NCBI GenBank assembly: GCA_964016885.1
Contig: OZ024745.1
Coordinates: 57,598,001-57,662,000, forward strand
Length of the DNA: 64,000 bases
DNA from: Eledone cirrhosa
Lineage: Eukaryota
Direction: 5' to 3'
A program made the position numbers and the translations under genes. Numbering within the stretch: position 1 is the stretch's first letter; every line of letters starts with the position of its first letter. The notes under the pieces were generated by a model that ran no database searches, had not been told where the DNA came from, and saw only the letters and a list, made by a program, of their open reading frames with translations. This document shows positions 1 through 12,683 of this stretch, in pieces.

Positions 1-290
1 GTGAGAATCTTCCAGACGCTGTCCCGATTCATGCCCAGCTCATTTGCCATCCATCAGTCGAACAGTCAGCCGACGATCGCTACTCACTCTCTGCCTGACG
101 CGCTCAGCGTTGACCTCAGTCCTAGTTGGTGAGGGCCTTCCGCTCCTGGGGTCATCTTGCACCACTCAAAAACACGTGAGCCTGACATCGTCTCATCTCA
201 ATAGACTTGCTGCAACAATCCCAGTGCTTCTGGCGGAGTTTTCAGAAACCGTACCAGAAACTTCAAGTTTGTTCGTTGCTCTATGCTCAT
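1..290 (-). pseudogene. Mariner transposase N-terminal HTH region, disrupted
   Basis: MSIEQRTNLKFLV...VY*DETMSGSRVFEWCK, then after a frameshift DDPRSGRPSPTRTEVNAERVRQRVSSDRRLTVRL...ELGMNRDSVWKIL. The WxxxF...RSGRP-like region is typical of mariner. Confidence 0.85.
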
Positions 291-474
291 TGCTTGAAAA
301 AGAGGACATGTATATAAAATTATGAAGAAAAAAGTTTGATCGCTGCAGAGAGCTAAGATTACAGTTACATTCTCTAGGGGGATCCTTTGAAGGAGAACAC
401 TCTTAGTGTGAAGTTTGGGTTTGAAATAAATCTTTTGTGACATCAGTCCTGGAACTTTTCTGACACACCTCGTA
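1..474 (-). mobile_element. Tc1/mariner DNA transposon remnant (5' part, runs off the window start)
   Basis: Minus strand begins TA-CGAGGTGTGTCAGAAAAGTTCC (mariner-like TIR next to TA) and is followed by a decayed transposase N-terminus. Confidence 0.85.
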
Positions 475-480
475 TATACA

Positions 481-538
481 TTTATATATATATATATATT
501 TCTTTCTTTCTCACTCTCTCTTTCTCTCTCTCTCTCTC

Positions 539-592
<54 letters not shown>

Positions 593-636
593 AATATATA
601 TATATTTATATATATATTTATATATATTTATATATA

Positions 637-700
<64 letters not shown>
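481..700. repeat. (TA)n/(CT)n microsatellite
   Basis: Direct reading. Confidence 0.98.
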
Positions 701-703
<3 letters not shown>

Positions 704-1112
704 TTATTTAAAAGAATAGAGGTTTAACACACGCGTTGTGATATATTAGTAAAAGAAAAAGAAAATGCTGACAAGTTTTTCCCAGTAAAAAATAGTTTAA
801 TTAGGAATAAGTATAAATTAGTAATAAGTATTGGTTAGTATTCAGTTTTAGTTTTAAGTTTTTACCGGTTGCGCATTTCTAATGCTTTTCAAAAATAATT
901 TAGAGATAGAGCGCTCGTGATGTTTGCTCTAATCTGATCAGTTTTGGAAATTCTTCCTGTTCTATGTGAAAAAAGTGGCTCCAGAGGTATTAAGATTTGG
1001 TTGATTGTTGAATGTCACGTGAATGAGTACTAAAAATTTCGGGCCAATTGTGTTGCAAAAATTCTTGTAGTCAAAACAATTTTGATTGGTCGGTAGAGGT
1101 CACGTGAATGTT
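700..1112 (-). mobile_element. Non-coding interspersed repeat (probable PLE 3' end); homologues on + at about 45788-45931 and 46603-46900
   Basis: Reverse complement matches TGACCTCTACCGACCAATGAAAATTGTTTTGACCACAAGAATT and TTTTGAAAAGCATTTAGAAATGCGCAACCGGTAAAAACTTAAAA at 46610-46790. Abuts (TA)n. Confidence 0.7.
860..895 (-). ncRNA. Hammerhead-like motif, UUGAAAA core with GCAA in place of GAAA
   Basis: ttt-TTGAAAA-gcatt aga aatgc-GCAAC-cg-GTA-aaa. Second copy at 46740-46776. Confidence 0.5.
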
Positions 1113-1870
1113 AAAAATTGATTTTGCGCCAAATGTAGGTTTGTCGAAGAGTGTCCTTTTTCGCCTGATTGAGAAGTCACTGAAAAATAAGTTTATTAAT
1201 ACAAATATGTGTCAAATAGGTGTCAGAATTCAGATTTTCTATTGAATAAAACAAGCCTTCGTGAGCCGCCTTTTTTTTTAGGTAAAAAGAAATTCAAACA
1301 CACACAACACGCACACACACACACACGCACATACACACAAGCACACAAATAAACATACATATCTTTACTTTCTTTATTCAATAGAAAATCTGAATTCTGA
1401 CATCCCAGCGAACTAACCATATTCACTGAACCAGAACAATTCTCCCATCCCATTTCTCTTGACCATTATCTTTTACTTATCATAAAATTCTCTAAAAAGG
1501 CTACAGAATGGATTTCCAAATAAGGGCGCGAAAATTTAATGAAAACTTGTTCACGTGACCGCCATAATTTCATTTATAACCAATCAAATTACGATTATTT
1601 AAAAAAAGCTTTCGTGAGCCCCCTTTTTTAAGTAAAGAGAAATTCATACACTCATATATGAAAAAACCACCTGTGACACCCCCACCCCCTCCCTTGTTTG
1701 AAGAACTTTGTAACGCGAACTGGCGCAAAATTTATTATAATTATTGACCAACCAATCAAATTACTTCTCGAAAAACCTGGCATTTCGAGCCACTTTTTCC
1801 ATATAAAACAAGTAACATTCAGAGACCAACCAGATGTGAGAAAAACCACAGACCCTCCATCTCAACTTTA

Positions 1871-1906
1871 CTTTTGAAAAGCAGAAGAACTGCGAAACCG
1901 GTAAAG
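1871..1906 (+). ncRNA. Minimal type-I hammerhead ribozyme, U3-A8 core variant
   Basis: ctt-TTGAAAA-gcag aagaa ctgc-GAAAC-cg-GTA-aag: stems I and II pair perfectly, stem III is palindromic (ACCGGT), AATAAA follows. Confidence 0.75.
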
Positions 1907-2666
1907 GAACCAAATAAATATATATATTGTTTTAAAAATAAGACTCCAGTTGCATTTTCGATTTCATCTTTTTTTCTATATATATATATAGCTTCGTTAA
2001 TGCTGTACTAAAATTTGTATTTTAACTCCAAGAATTAACGATTGACTAGTTAATTTAATTAGACAATTCCATTGATTGATTAATTGTTTGTTTGATAACT
2101 TCTGGTTGAGTGCTTAATTCGGTTTGTCTAAGGGAATTTCATTCCTCTGTCTCAAATTTCGAATTCACCGCCAAAACGGAGGTTACCTTCCTTGAAGAAA
2201 ACCACGTGCCTATAGCGAAATTTACTGCTAGAACACACCCGCAGAGGCTAAAGAACACAAGACTTGTGGAAGAAGTAAATCCTTTGTTCTGTCGTCAAAG
2301 ACCATTAACTTGCAGACCCCTGCAAGCGGAATTTGTCGATCTTGGATTTGCAGAAATCTAGCGTGGATGTTCGGTGTTGTATGTGATGTATATCGTATGC
2401 TATACGATATGCATTATATATTGCATTCGGTCTCAGCGTTATGGCTAGGTCAGTCTAAAATCTTTTTCTGAGTCCAACCATTTTCGTTGCTATGGCAATG
2501 CGGCTGGACTGCCGATCGCTATATTTGATTTGCAAAGCTGTCTAAACTAATTGTTATTACTCTGGGGTACTATTCCCTATCGGGTGCTAAAGCTACATAC
2601 CGAATTTGCATTCGTTAGTTTGGCCGCAACCTAAAGCTTCGTTAATGTTGTACTACCCCATTCGAC

Positions 2667-3863
2667 GTGAGTATGGGCGCCAGTGACTCTGCGGAGGTTA
2701 CTGATCTTATTGGCCTTTTCCTTCTTTTCTCTATCAAGGACGAATTCCCCAACGCGGGCGGTGGTTTGTACCGTGACGATGGTCTTTTGACCATGACTAA
2801 GTGCGGACCTCGTGCTTGCGACAGGTTCAGAAAAGAACTCACAGCCTTCTTTAAAGGCTTCAACCTCCCTATACAGGTTGAGGCCAATCTCTCGGTCGTT
2901 AATTACCTCGACGTTACCCTCAATTTATTGAATGGGTTGTATTACCCGTATAGAAAGCCGAATGATACGCTTAATTACATAAGTAAGCATTCCAACCATC
3001 CTGCAAGCATAACCAAGAACCTGGTAAGAAACGTTTCGTTGAGGCTTTCCCGTCTTTCCACCAACGAGCGTATTTTCAACGACCATTCCACTTATTACAA
3101 TGAAGCTCTTGCTCGAAGTGGATTTGTCGATAAGGGAGCATATACAGAGTACGAAAATAGACCTAGAAGAAATAGATCCCGTCGCATTTGTTGGTATAAC
3201 CCACCATATAATATGGAGGTGGCCACACCATTAGCTAAGATCTTTCTTTCCCTTATTACGAAGATTTTTCCCCCCACACATAAATATAGTAAAATTTTTA
3301 ATAGAAATACTATTACAATGTCTTACTCTACGACTCCTAACCTTGCACATAACATCACAGCTTCAAATTTAGCTAAACTACCTAGCCGTAGAAACACGTG
3401 CAACCCTGTAGTTAGTACTAACTGTAATTGTAGGAATCGGGCTGATTGCACCCTATCCGGGAAATGCCTCTCTAGTAACATTGTCTACAAATGTAAGGTT
3501 GTAACACCCACGTCCCGTAGGGCCTACATAGGGTTAACCGCCAATAGTTTCAAGCAGCGTCTTTACATGCATACCCATTCTTTTCGTTACCCTCTAAGAA
3601 GGAATATGACGTCACTTTCAGCTTACATCTGGAGTCTAAAAGACAACCACACCCAATATAAGTTACACTGGGAGATCCTAGCTAGGACTAGATCATATAA
3701 CGGAAATAAAAGACCATGTGACCTCTTCGCCGCTGAGGCCCTGGAAATACTCTACGCCGCAGACCACATCTTAAACAAAAAATCTGAGGCAATTTCGGCT
3801 TGTAAACATAAATTGCACAAAACTTTCCTGTATTACAGCCCCACGTTATATCCTAACGGATAG
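2667..3863 (+). CDS. PLE reverse transcriptase (motif 4 onward, thumb) plus GIY-YIG endonuclease, N-terminally truncated but uninterrupted
   Basis: MGASDSAEVTDLIG, LYRDDG, NYLDVTL, YRKPN, SNHP, WYNPP, CNCR...C...C, IVYKC...YIGLT, FKQR, LNKKSE...CKH. Confidence 0.9.
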   Translation: MSMGASDSAEVTDLIGLFLLFSIKDEFPNAGGGLYRDDGLLTMTKCGPRACDRFRKELTAFFKGFNLPIQVEANLSVVNYLDVTLNLLNGLYYPYRKPNDTLNYISKHSNHPASITKNLVRNVSLRLSRLSTNERIFNDHSTYYNEALARSGFVDKGAYTEYENRPRRNRSRRICWYNPPYNMEVATPLAKIFLSLITKIFPPTHKYSKIFNRNTITMSYSTTPNLAHNITASNLAKLPSRRNTCNPVVSTNCNCRNRADCTLSGKCLSSNIVYKCKVVTPTSRRAYIGLTANSFKQRLYMHTHSFRYPLRRNMTSLSAYIWSLKDNHTQYKLHWEILARTRSYNGNKRPCDLFAAEALEILYAADHILNKKSEAISACKHKLHKTFLYYSPTLYPNG

Positions 3864-4784
3864 TACGATCTATACGTGGATATTTTAGGTCTTGATGTGG
3901 GAGCTAAGTATATGTTTTGTTTATTCCTTTACTTATTTGCATAGGTAAGTATATACTACCCGTATGTTTTGTGAAGGTACGTATACCTTCTCGTACGTAT
4001 ATTTGATTGCTATGGCGTATAATTTTATATATTCTGGTACATAGGGTTTGGCTATGTGTATACGGGAGTTTTTGCGTCTGTGTGATTATGTAGGTTCGTA
4101 CGTATGGTGGGTGTGTATATATGTGTACTTCTTGTTTTAGTTGACTTACGTCTCCGAACATTCGTGTATTTATATGTAGGTATGTGTGTGCGCTTGTTAT
4201 ATACGTATTTATTTATATACGTTTATATAATTATTTATTTATTTGTATACACGCATACACACACACACACATTTATATGTGCGTGGTTTTGTATAACTAT
4301 GGTAAGGTTTTGCGTATGCTTGTGTATGTACGTTTTTGTTTGCGTGTATGTATTTATTTATTACTTCTGTATTGTATTTATTTACTCTGTTCTTAACTCA
4401 GTAGCGGAAATTCATTTGGTCTCCTAGTTAGAATTTTAGTCTACGAATTCTGCTATACCATTTACGTGGTTTTGTCTTTGCGTGCTATTGTTCTCCACGC
4501 TCCACATATGACGTATTATCTTCGTTTTTTCATTCATTGCCAGAGAACGTCTCTATGCACCACCTAAGAGAACATTAGTCTATGACCTCTTTTATACCAT
4601 AAACGTGGTTCTGTCTTTGCGCGTAAATGTTTTTCACCGCTCCTATTAATGACGTATTATTCGTTTTTTCCCGTTCTTCGCCAGCGAACGTTTCCACGAA
4701 CCAAAATATCGTCTTCCTGTCTTCCTCCGGTTGCAACGTTTTTTGAAATATCCAGTTCTGCGATTACAGATTGACTTTGTTAGT

Positions 4785-4843
4785 TTCAGAAGATCCCGTT
4801 AAGGGTGAAAGCAGTGATTCTTTGCTTAAACTTTAATCTGATA

Positions 4844-4850
<7 letters not shown>
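4785..4850 (+). repeat. 3' terminus of PLE A with HHR-like motif; short copies at about 5184-5222 (+), 16027-16146 (-), 33860-33900 (inverted pair) and 47251-47301 (-)
   Basis: Shared GAAAGCAG(C/T)GATTCTTTGCTTAAACTTTAATCTG(T/A)TATTTTAATA next to (TA)n; motif CAGAAGA-T-ccc..ggg-T-GAAAG. Confidence 0.7.
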
Positions 4851-4898
<48 letters not shown>

Positions 4899-4900
<2 letters not shown>

Positions 4901-5113
4901 GTGGTTACACAACAGTTAGTTCACCATACCGAGAACAATTGTTTCACCTTAGCGCATCCTCAGCTCGTAATCTTTACAAGCTGAGGATCCGCTGAGGTGA
5001 AACAATTGTTCTCGGTATGGTGAACTAACTGTTGTGTAACCACTACTACCTAACTGGTCCCATGGACTGATTGCTCTACCACTACGGATATTAGCTTCCA
5101 GTGTTCTACCACT
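4899..5113. mobile_element. Fold-back mini-element with two HHR copies (4931-4966 -, 4978-5013 +)
   Basis: Inverted arms 4899-4966 and 4978-5045. Motif (g/a)ag-CTGAGGA-T..T-GAAAC-aatt-GTT-ctc. Flanked by (TA)n. Confidence 0.75.
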
Positions 5114-5215
5114 ATATATATATATTTAGAGAGAGAGAGAGTGGGAAAGAAAGAAATATATATATATATATATGAATAAAGATCAGCGATTCTTTGCTTA
5201 AACTTTAATCTGTTA

Positions 5216-5256
<41 letters not shown>

Positions 5257-5260
<4 letters not shown>

Positions 5261-5757
5261 TTAAAAAAAACGAAAAATCAGTGATGCATCTGGACTCAAT
5301 TTATTGCGTGTTACAATTGTTTCGCCGGCAGGTAGCTCGAGACATGTGCACTGAATAGATCTGGCTGATTCTACGGCTGCAGGTTCCTTCAGACACGGGT
5401 AGTTCGTTCGGAGCAAATTTGCTCCGAACGAACTACCCGTGTCTGAAGGAATCTGCAGCCGTAGAATCAGCCAGATCCATGCAGTTAACATGTCTCGAGC
5501 CACCTGCCGGCGAAACAATTGCTCCGAACGAACTACCCGTGTCTGAAGGAACATGCAGCCGTATAATAAGCCAGATCCATACATTGACCATGTCTCGAGC
5601 CACCTGCCGGCGAAACAATTGTAACACGCAATAAATTGAGTCCAGATGCATCACCGATTTTTCGTTTTTTTAATACTATCCACACTCTACTCTGTTGAAC
5701 ATTGAGTGCTAATTTTGGCATACCGCCTATAGAACCACCTTAGCTACCATTATACAC
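5257..5757. mobile_element. Fold-back plus tandem mini-element with three HHR-like units (5307-5397 -, 5438-5521 + partial, 5538-5628 +)
   Basis: Zero-spacer palindrome axis at 5417/5418 and a 100-bp tandem unit. Motif cgtgt-CTGAAGG...gccg..cggc-GAAAC-aatt-GTA-acacg, then AATAAA. Confidence 0.7.
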
Positions 5758-5759
5758 AA

Positions 5760-6380
<621 letters not shown>

Positions 6381-7576
6381 GTTGCTAGCTCCGTCAGGAA
6401 TTGTTAACATCATGTAACGTGGTAATGCATCGTAACTGAAAAATATTTTCAACTTTATTATGTATTATATCAATCTGCATCAATAATTAAATGTTTTGTG
6501 TTCTACTTAGTTTTCAATAAAAACTAATGCATGTACACTGAAACAATTATTTTCCCCAATTTCTTTAATTCAGATATAAGAGAATGAAAAGGTAAGCTTG
6601 ACTGTTTAACAATAAAATTCAATGCTACATAATTATAGTTGTATATAAATACGATATTATTGTTTCATTTCGTAGGATTACCGCCTTTGAAGCATATTGA
6701 TTTTTAGTGAAATATTTGAAAGCAGCCGATGTTGAAAGATCGTATAACATATTCTTGCAAATCAAAACCTATAAATGCTAATGTGTATTTTTGTTCAGTT
6801 TTCTCATTGTGATTAACATATTAGATATTTTCTTCAAGTAAGATAGATCAATATTGATCGAGCTATGTTCCTTATTACAAATCGATGATAGAGATGTAGG
6901 AATAGTTTGAAAAAACAACACATTGTTTTTTTTTTAAAGGTTTCTTCTGAGGATTTTGTATATGTAGAAATATATCCAAAATTTGACTAGAAAAAATAGT
7001 TATCTTTAAAGGAATGGTTATTTCTGTATTGTTCTTTAAATAATTATTGACGTTGTTGAAATAAAATGGGTTACATATTTCAGAATAAATATAAAAGATA
7101 ACTTAATTTTACCCGTACAATGTTCCATTATTTATATACCCACATTATCAGCATTAAGTAAATTAATCTGAATCTGTCATCTAAGGTTAATTCTCATTTG
7201 ATGGCATTGGACGTAATCCAAGTTCAACTTAATGGAAGGACAGTTCAATTTTGTGATATGTAGCATTTTTGAAAGGTCGCACATGTTTTAATCACTCTGT
7301 CGTAATGCAGTAACTCAGACATAAGGATATTTGCGACCCACAGTCATGTTTTGCGTCGGTTTGCAAAACAAAGCAAGAGATGTATTAAGTACTTTTCTAA
7401 CAAGAACGCCGAAGTAAGAAACACCTGATGAATTATGTTTATTGGCAGAACGAACCACATGAAATTATAACAATATCTATTTCAATACAAACGATATAAG
7501 ATGATGGTTGAATGTATTTATTCACACACTCATACACGCGTATGTATACATAAACACACCCATATATCTATATATG

Positions 7577-7610
<34 letters not shown>

Positions 7611-7671
7611 GGTGTGTTTATGTATATATACACACACACATATATACATGCACATACACATACACACACAT

Positions 7672-7745
<74 letters not shown>

Positions 7746-8340
7746 TGGGTGTATGCGCTGATATATTCTCTAAAGATTTAATTATAAAATTCATTTTTCC
7801 AGTTCGTAATATGTATGGTTTTCACAGTTGGATGTGAGATAAAGTTTACATGTAATCTGCATCAAAAATTCTCTAACCGTTAAGAATTCCGCATTCATAT
7901 AAACCACACACCATGCTAATGTAAGGATTCCAAATGAAGGTTATAAATATTACATCAATATTTTTCAATTGCCTATCAAATAGAGAACGAAGATGTTAAC
8001 ATATTGGAATGTCATAAGTTGCAATATATGTCAGAAACACACAAAAAGGAACACCAAAATGCTGACGCATTTACGCTCTCTTTGTCACGCACAATTACTT
8101 ACACATACTATCCGTCGCAATTTATCAGACACTTTTCGCGGGCTTATTCATACAAATGGAAACGAGTTTTTCCAGCATTCTAACCTTGTGGTGATAAAGT
8201 CACATTAGGTCAGCAATGTGGTTTTGCCACCAAGTATTTTCGCAGTTTATAGCATACACTACTGCTAGAAAACAAAATACTGTCAATATAATGGTTTACC
8301 AGCGTTATAAAATTGATACTTAGGGTATTAGATTGGGTAA

Positions 8341-8402
8341 TAGGAAAATAGTCAGGACCCCGACTGCTGAGCTCCGGCCGTCGGGGTCCTGATTCTTTTC
8401 CT
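8341..8402. repeat. Short fold-back of the GCCGTCGGGGTC family (also 32709-32875 and 56292-56425)
   Basis: TCAGGACCCCGAC...GTCGGGGTCCTGA inverted arms. Relatives retain an HHR 3' half, GAAAC-ggc..gcc-GTC-gggg. Confidence 0.65.
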
Positions 8403-8404
8403 CT

Positions 8405-8447
<43 letters not shown>

Positions 8448-8570
8448 TAATTTGGGAGGGTCATGCTGCCAATTCAAACACACGCATCTGTTGGTTTTCA
8501 TTTCAATTTATGATAAATTTCCGGTTGGTTTGGTTGGTTGGTCCGATAACCAGATGGTTGTTCATATATT

Positions 8571-8613
8571 GTCAAAACTCTTTCGTCGCACATTCTGTGA
8601 CCTCCTCAGTGAC
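8571..8613 (-). ncRNA. Hammerhead motif (extra G after A9) in a PLE-end repeat spanning about 8444-8660
   Basis: gtca-CTGAGGA-g-gtcaca gaa tgtgcgac-GAAA-gag-TTT-tgac. Homologue at 57948-57992. Confidence 0.6.
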
Positions 8614-9978
8614 TAGGTTTTTATTTTGTGTCTTCACTTTGTTCTGTCCTACCCCATCTTGGTTTTGTGTGTTGAACACGCATAACCACGAAACAAGTGT
8701 TTGTTTATGATTATTTCGCTTTCCACGAGAATGACGTCAATTGCCAATGAAAACGATTAAAAAAAATGTTTAATCAAAATCAAAATTTAATCCCAAAGAG
8801 ATTGGATCATTATTCACTGAAAGTTCCTTAAACCCTGACGAAGGGATTTTAGGGCCCGAAATTTTGGACAGAAAAAAGATCAACAACAACAAAAAACAAA
8901 ACAAAGATTACCAGGTAACTTACTTTTAGTTTTCGTTACCTCAGTTCGTTTTGCATTGTTTACCCTTCTAATCAGTGTAGTAGAGATATTAGAACCCCAA
9001 CTCGTCATATCACCTCTCAGAAAAATAATGTAGATTGTATTTATTCGATGACAATTAAGTAAATTAAACAATTAAAATGAAGCAGAAATGTGTCGGTCAA
9101 CGTTTCGTTAACGGCAACAAAACAGAAATATTGTGCATGTGTACAATGTTTCTGAAACTTACATAACAATATGAAACATCTAAATCATTGATGTTATGTG
9201 TCGGTAAATATCTATATATCACAGAGTTTAATTTAAACACGAACAAACAACCCAAAAGACAGTGTTAAAAACACAAAGCCGATTATTGTGAGTACATCAG
9301 TTAAATATCAAAGCACCAACCTCTTAATTGTCACATTTGCCAGTCACAGGCTGGAAATATGACAAATGTGAGGTGTTGAGATGTATTCAGTTTCTCTCAG
9401 ATTCATTAAAATTGCTGTGTTTTATGACGACAAGAAGGTCTTTCGGCATTACATAGAAGTTTGAATGGATTTTTTAGAGATATTCTCGCGATTCTGATGG
9501 TTAGTTCTTAGGAAACCGTTGGAAAGCGTCTTAAATTTCATTATCGACTGGTTGGAATAGTAATGTGGTTTGATCTGATAACACTTTGTCGATGATATAT
9601 ATTTATGATTCGATAAGTGTTATATATATAGCGTAGTTTGTATCAGACTAGCAGAATGGTCCGGCGTTGCTCGGGTTTTGCTCTAGGGTTCTTATATATT
9701 TGATATATATTTGATATATATTTATTCTTATCGAGCCTCGTGAAATAAATGCGTTTGTTTATATTTTGTTATTGTGTATGCAAACATATCTGTACACGAT
9801 TATATAATTATATATATATATAAGCAAGATGTATGGTAGGTCGTATGTGAATCGCGATGATCACGTCTGACCTACCAAATATGTGACGGTAGCTAGTTAA
9901 GCTCTATGCGTATAAGCAGAGCAGAAATATTAATGAAAAAGAACAAAGGAACTATTATGAAATTATAACAAGTTTATT

Positions 9979-10023
9979 GCCGACAGCCGTTTCGTCCGAC
10001 TATATGGTGGGACTTTTCAAGGC
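9979..10023 (-). ncRNA. Type-I hammerhead, U3-A8 core (3' pLTR of B)
   Basis: gcc-TTGAAAA-gtcc..ggac-GAAAC-ggct-GTC-ggc-AATAAA. Confidence 0.8.
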
Positions 10024-11129
10024 ATATAACATGTGATTGTAAGTTCATTATTTACATCAACGTATCACTTAAGACCAGCAGTTTGAAATTGTGGTATACA
10101 TCAGCAGCTCCGCTTGTATATTTGGGGTCTATATTCTAAGGGGGCTCCTTTATATTAGCTGTCGGAATTGTAAAAGGGATGGGTTATGGGGAGTTAAGAG
10201 AATTTGAAAATGTCCTGAGAGTCAGGGATTGAAGGTTAAAAATTAGATAATTTATAATTTACGTATTAAAAGTAAAAGACTTGGGATCTCGTAGAAGCAC
10301 CCTAAAAAATCCCTCAATAAGTGCATAAAGCTTACAAGCCCCAATAAATTTAACAAACTAGAAGAGATTAAGAGACTAATAAAGTAAAATAAAAAAATAA
10401 AGATATAAAGTTTCCCTAAAAACTATAAAGTTTCCCAAGAAGTTCCCCCGAGAGAAAAAAATTTCTTTCGAAAGAAAAAAATCTTCTTCCCCAGAGATCT
10501 CGTTAAAAGTTTTTCGAAAATTTACGAAGTTTTGATAATCCCTACTAAGTTGAAAGAAACTAATCAATTAAAGGTTAATTCAAAAAGCCTTCAATAAACC
10601 CCTCAGAAGAGGCCCCTTTAATATTTTTAATAGGAACCTCCTCCGAGAGACCCTTCGAAGAATTAAAATTTTAGAGAGCCTTTAAGGATATGTATAAACG
10701 AATTGGGGAAAATTATAAATTAAAAGTTAAAAATTACGGTATTTGGGATATCCGAGGAATTTTCAAAGGGCTGGTTCAACAGATATAACTTAGGTATAAT
10801 AGATAAAATAATTTAAGTAATTTAAGTAATTTAATTAGGGAGCAATTCAAAGAGCTTATCAAGTTGGGCAAGATTAAAGAGAATTATAAGTAAGAAAATA
10901 CATAAGCAAAAAGACAATAATTATAAAATGTATTTTTAAAAAACAATAATTATAAAATGTATTTTTAAGAAGGTATAAGATAGCTTCAGTAATCTAATAA
11001 TGTACTATCAAAAAATTATTATAAAATTATCACAAAATTATTATAAAATTATTATAAAATTATTACAAAATTATCATGAAACTATTGATACAGGATTAAA
11101 AAAAATTACTATAAGATTATTGATACAGG

Positions 11130-11378
11130 ATTAACAAAGACATAATAATATATTCCTGCCTAATTAACAAAAAATCAATAAACAATTAACAGTTAAGCAA
11201 AATTAGCTCAGGGATATCCCGCTCTCGGATACTTTACACCCATACAGCATCACATATGATTAACAAAGACATAATGGCATACCCCTGCGTAATTAACAAA
11301 CAATCAATTAACCATTGATAGTCAAGAAAATGTACTCAGGGATATCCCACGCACGGATACTTTACACACATACAGCAG
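11130..11378. repeat. Diverged two-copy tandem repeat (about 129-bp period) in the 3' region of B
   Basis: ATTAACAAAGACATAAT...CTCAGGGATATCCC...CGGATACTTTACAC.CATACAGCA occurs twice. Confidence 0.85.
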
Positions 11379-12683
11379 GATAAATAATACAGGTGACCTT
11401 GTGGGCGCGATATCCATTATGCGTATGTAGTCATCTGCATAGCTCCAGGCACATTTGGTCTTGTTTAAAAGTTCAGAGTTCACGAATCAACTGGGATTCA
11501 CTATCAGCTGCGTGGACTCTCTGGGAAATGTACCTGTGGATCAAATAGCTAGTGGTTGCTGGGTGTGGTCCGTTCGATCTATTAGTTTCGGGGATTGCAC
11601 GATGCCGGTTCCAAATCCAAGGTCTCGCTGCATAGGATGTATTGGTTTACATGCTATATTGGTAAAAAAACCAGTGTGGATTTGACTGGGGTGGTATACT
11701 ACGAACTCCAAGCACACACGCGACTGGTCAAATGCGAAGGGCTGTCCCCTCTTTGTTTGTTGTAGGGGTCGGTTCCAGCTTAGATGTTGGTCGTGTTATC
11801 CATATTGCGTCAGCCATGCACATTCAAGACAGGTCTGTATATATTTGCAGGTATGGTCCGGCGTCGGCGTCTACGCTATCCAAAGGGTCTCTCTTGTGTT
11901 ATTTTCAAGTTCGTTTGTCATCTCCCGGTTAAGACTGCGCATGCTTCGGTGAATCTCATGCATGGAATCTTGGGGTATCATATTACACGGGTGACTAGCA
12001 GAAAATATATATTCCATGCCATCGCGCACGCGCTGGCCTGTGGCTACGACCGTGTCCAGTCTCGGGTAGTAGCAGACAGCAGGTAGACCAGCTAGACACA
12101 TCCCTGCTCAAGGGGCACAACCCCTAACTTATCGAGTGGTCAGACATCAAGGGAGTCAACTCTCCAAGCCCATTAAGTCAACCGTGGTAATATACAAAAA
12201 AATCACTATTAAGAAAGAACTAACTCAAAAAGAACCACTAATAATAAAGAAGAACTAAATGAAAAGAAGTGAGTGGGGGATAGTGGGGAGGGGCATCTAT
12301 TTGGGCGGGGGTTTATTAGGGGAGGAGGGGGGTTTGATTGGTTATAAGCAGGGAGCGGCCGCCATATTGGGTGTTCTGTTACTGTTTCCTTGGGCAAGTT
12401 CCCGTATTTGTTGACATACATCTCCGACGGCACCTCCCCAGATCAGTCAACGTGGGTCCAGGCACTCACAATGTCCCACACCGCAGGAATCGTCTACCCG
12501 CAGGGTGCCCAGCAACAATGCTGCCACCAATCCCAGGTTGGCAATAGGGACACAGGGTCGACTGTTCCTCACCGGAGTCCCCATCGGCAATCGGGGAGAC
12601 GAGGCATCAATGCGGCCGGGGTTACTAAAGAGCACCCTATTCGCCAGCGGGGCAGTCATGTGCGGGACAGGGTGGGGTCAGGG

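Larger units (their letters stand above)
2658..4850 (+). mobile_element. 5'-truncated Naiad-type Penelope-like element (copy A)
   Basis: RT C-terminal half plus GIY-YIG ORF, about 1 kb 3' region with a diverged ~140-bp tandem duplication (4455-4705), ends in (TA)n. Confidence 0.9.

Noticed and set aside
5421-5628. Repeated 100-bp units resembling a CRISPR array
   Set aside because: Whole-unit tandem and inverted duplication with no unique spacers or cas genes; eukaryotic context.
7423-7472. CTGATGA...GAAA hammerhead candidate
   Set aside because: No NUH triplet or stem I.
8832-8870. CTGACGA-a-ggg..ccc-GAAA candidate
   Set aside because: Stem III and cleavage site are missing; at best a relic, not counted.
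11425-11445. YADD in the putative ORF2 frame of element B
   Set aside because: Isolated 4-residue match without other RT motifs; likely chance.
12600-12665. Possible SECIS (ATGA...AA...TGA) after the ORF B stop
   Set aside because: Helix II does not pair, and I saw no conserved-Cys TGA in ORF B.
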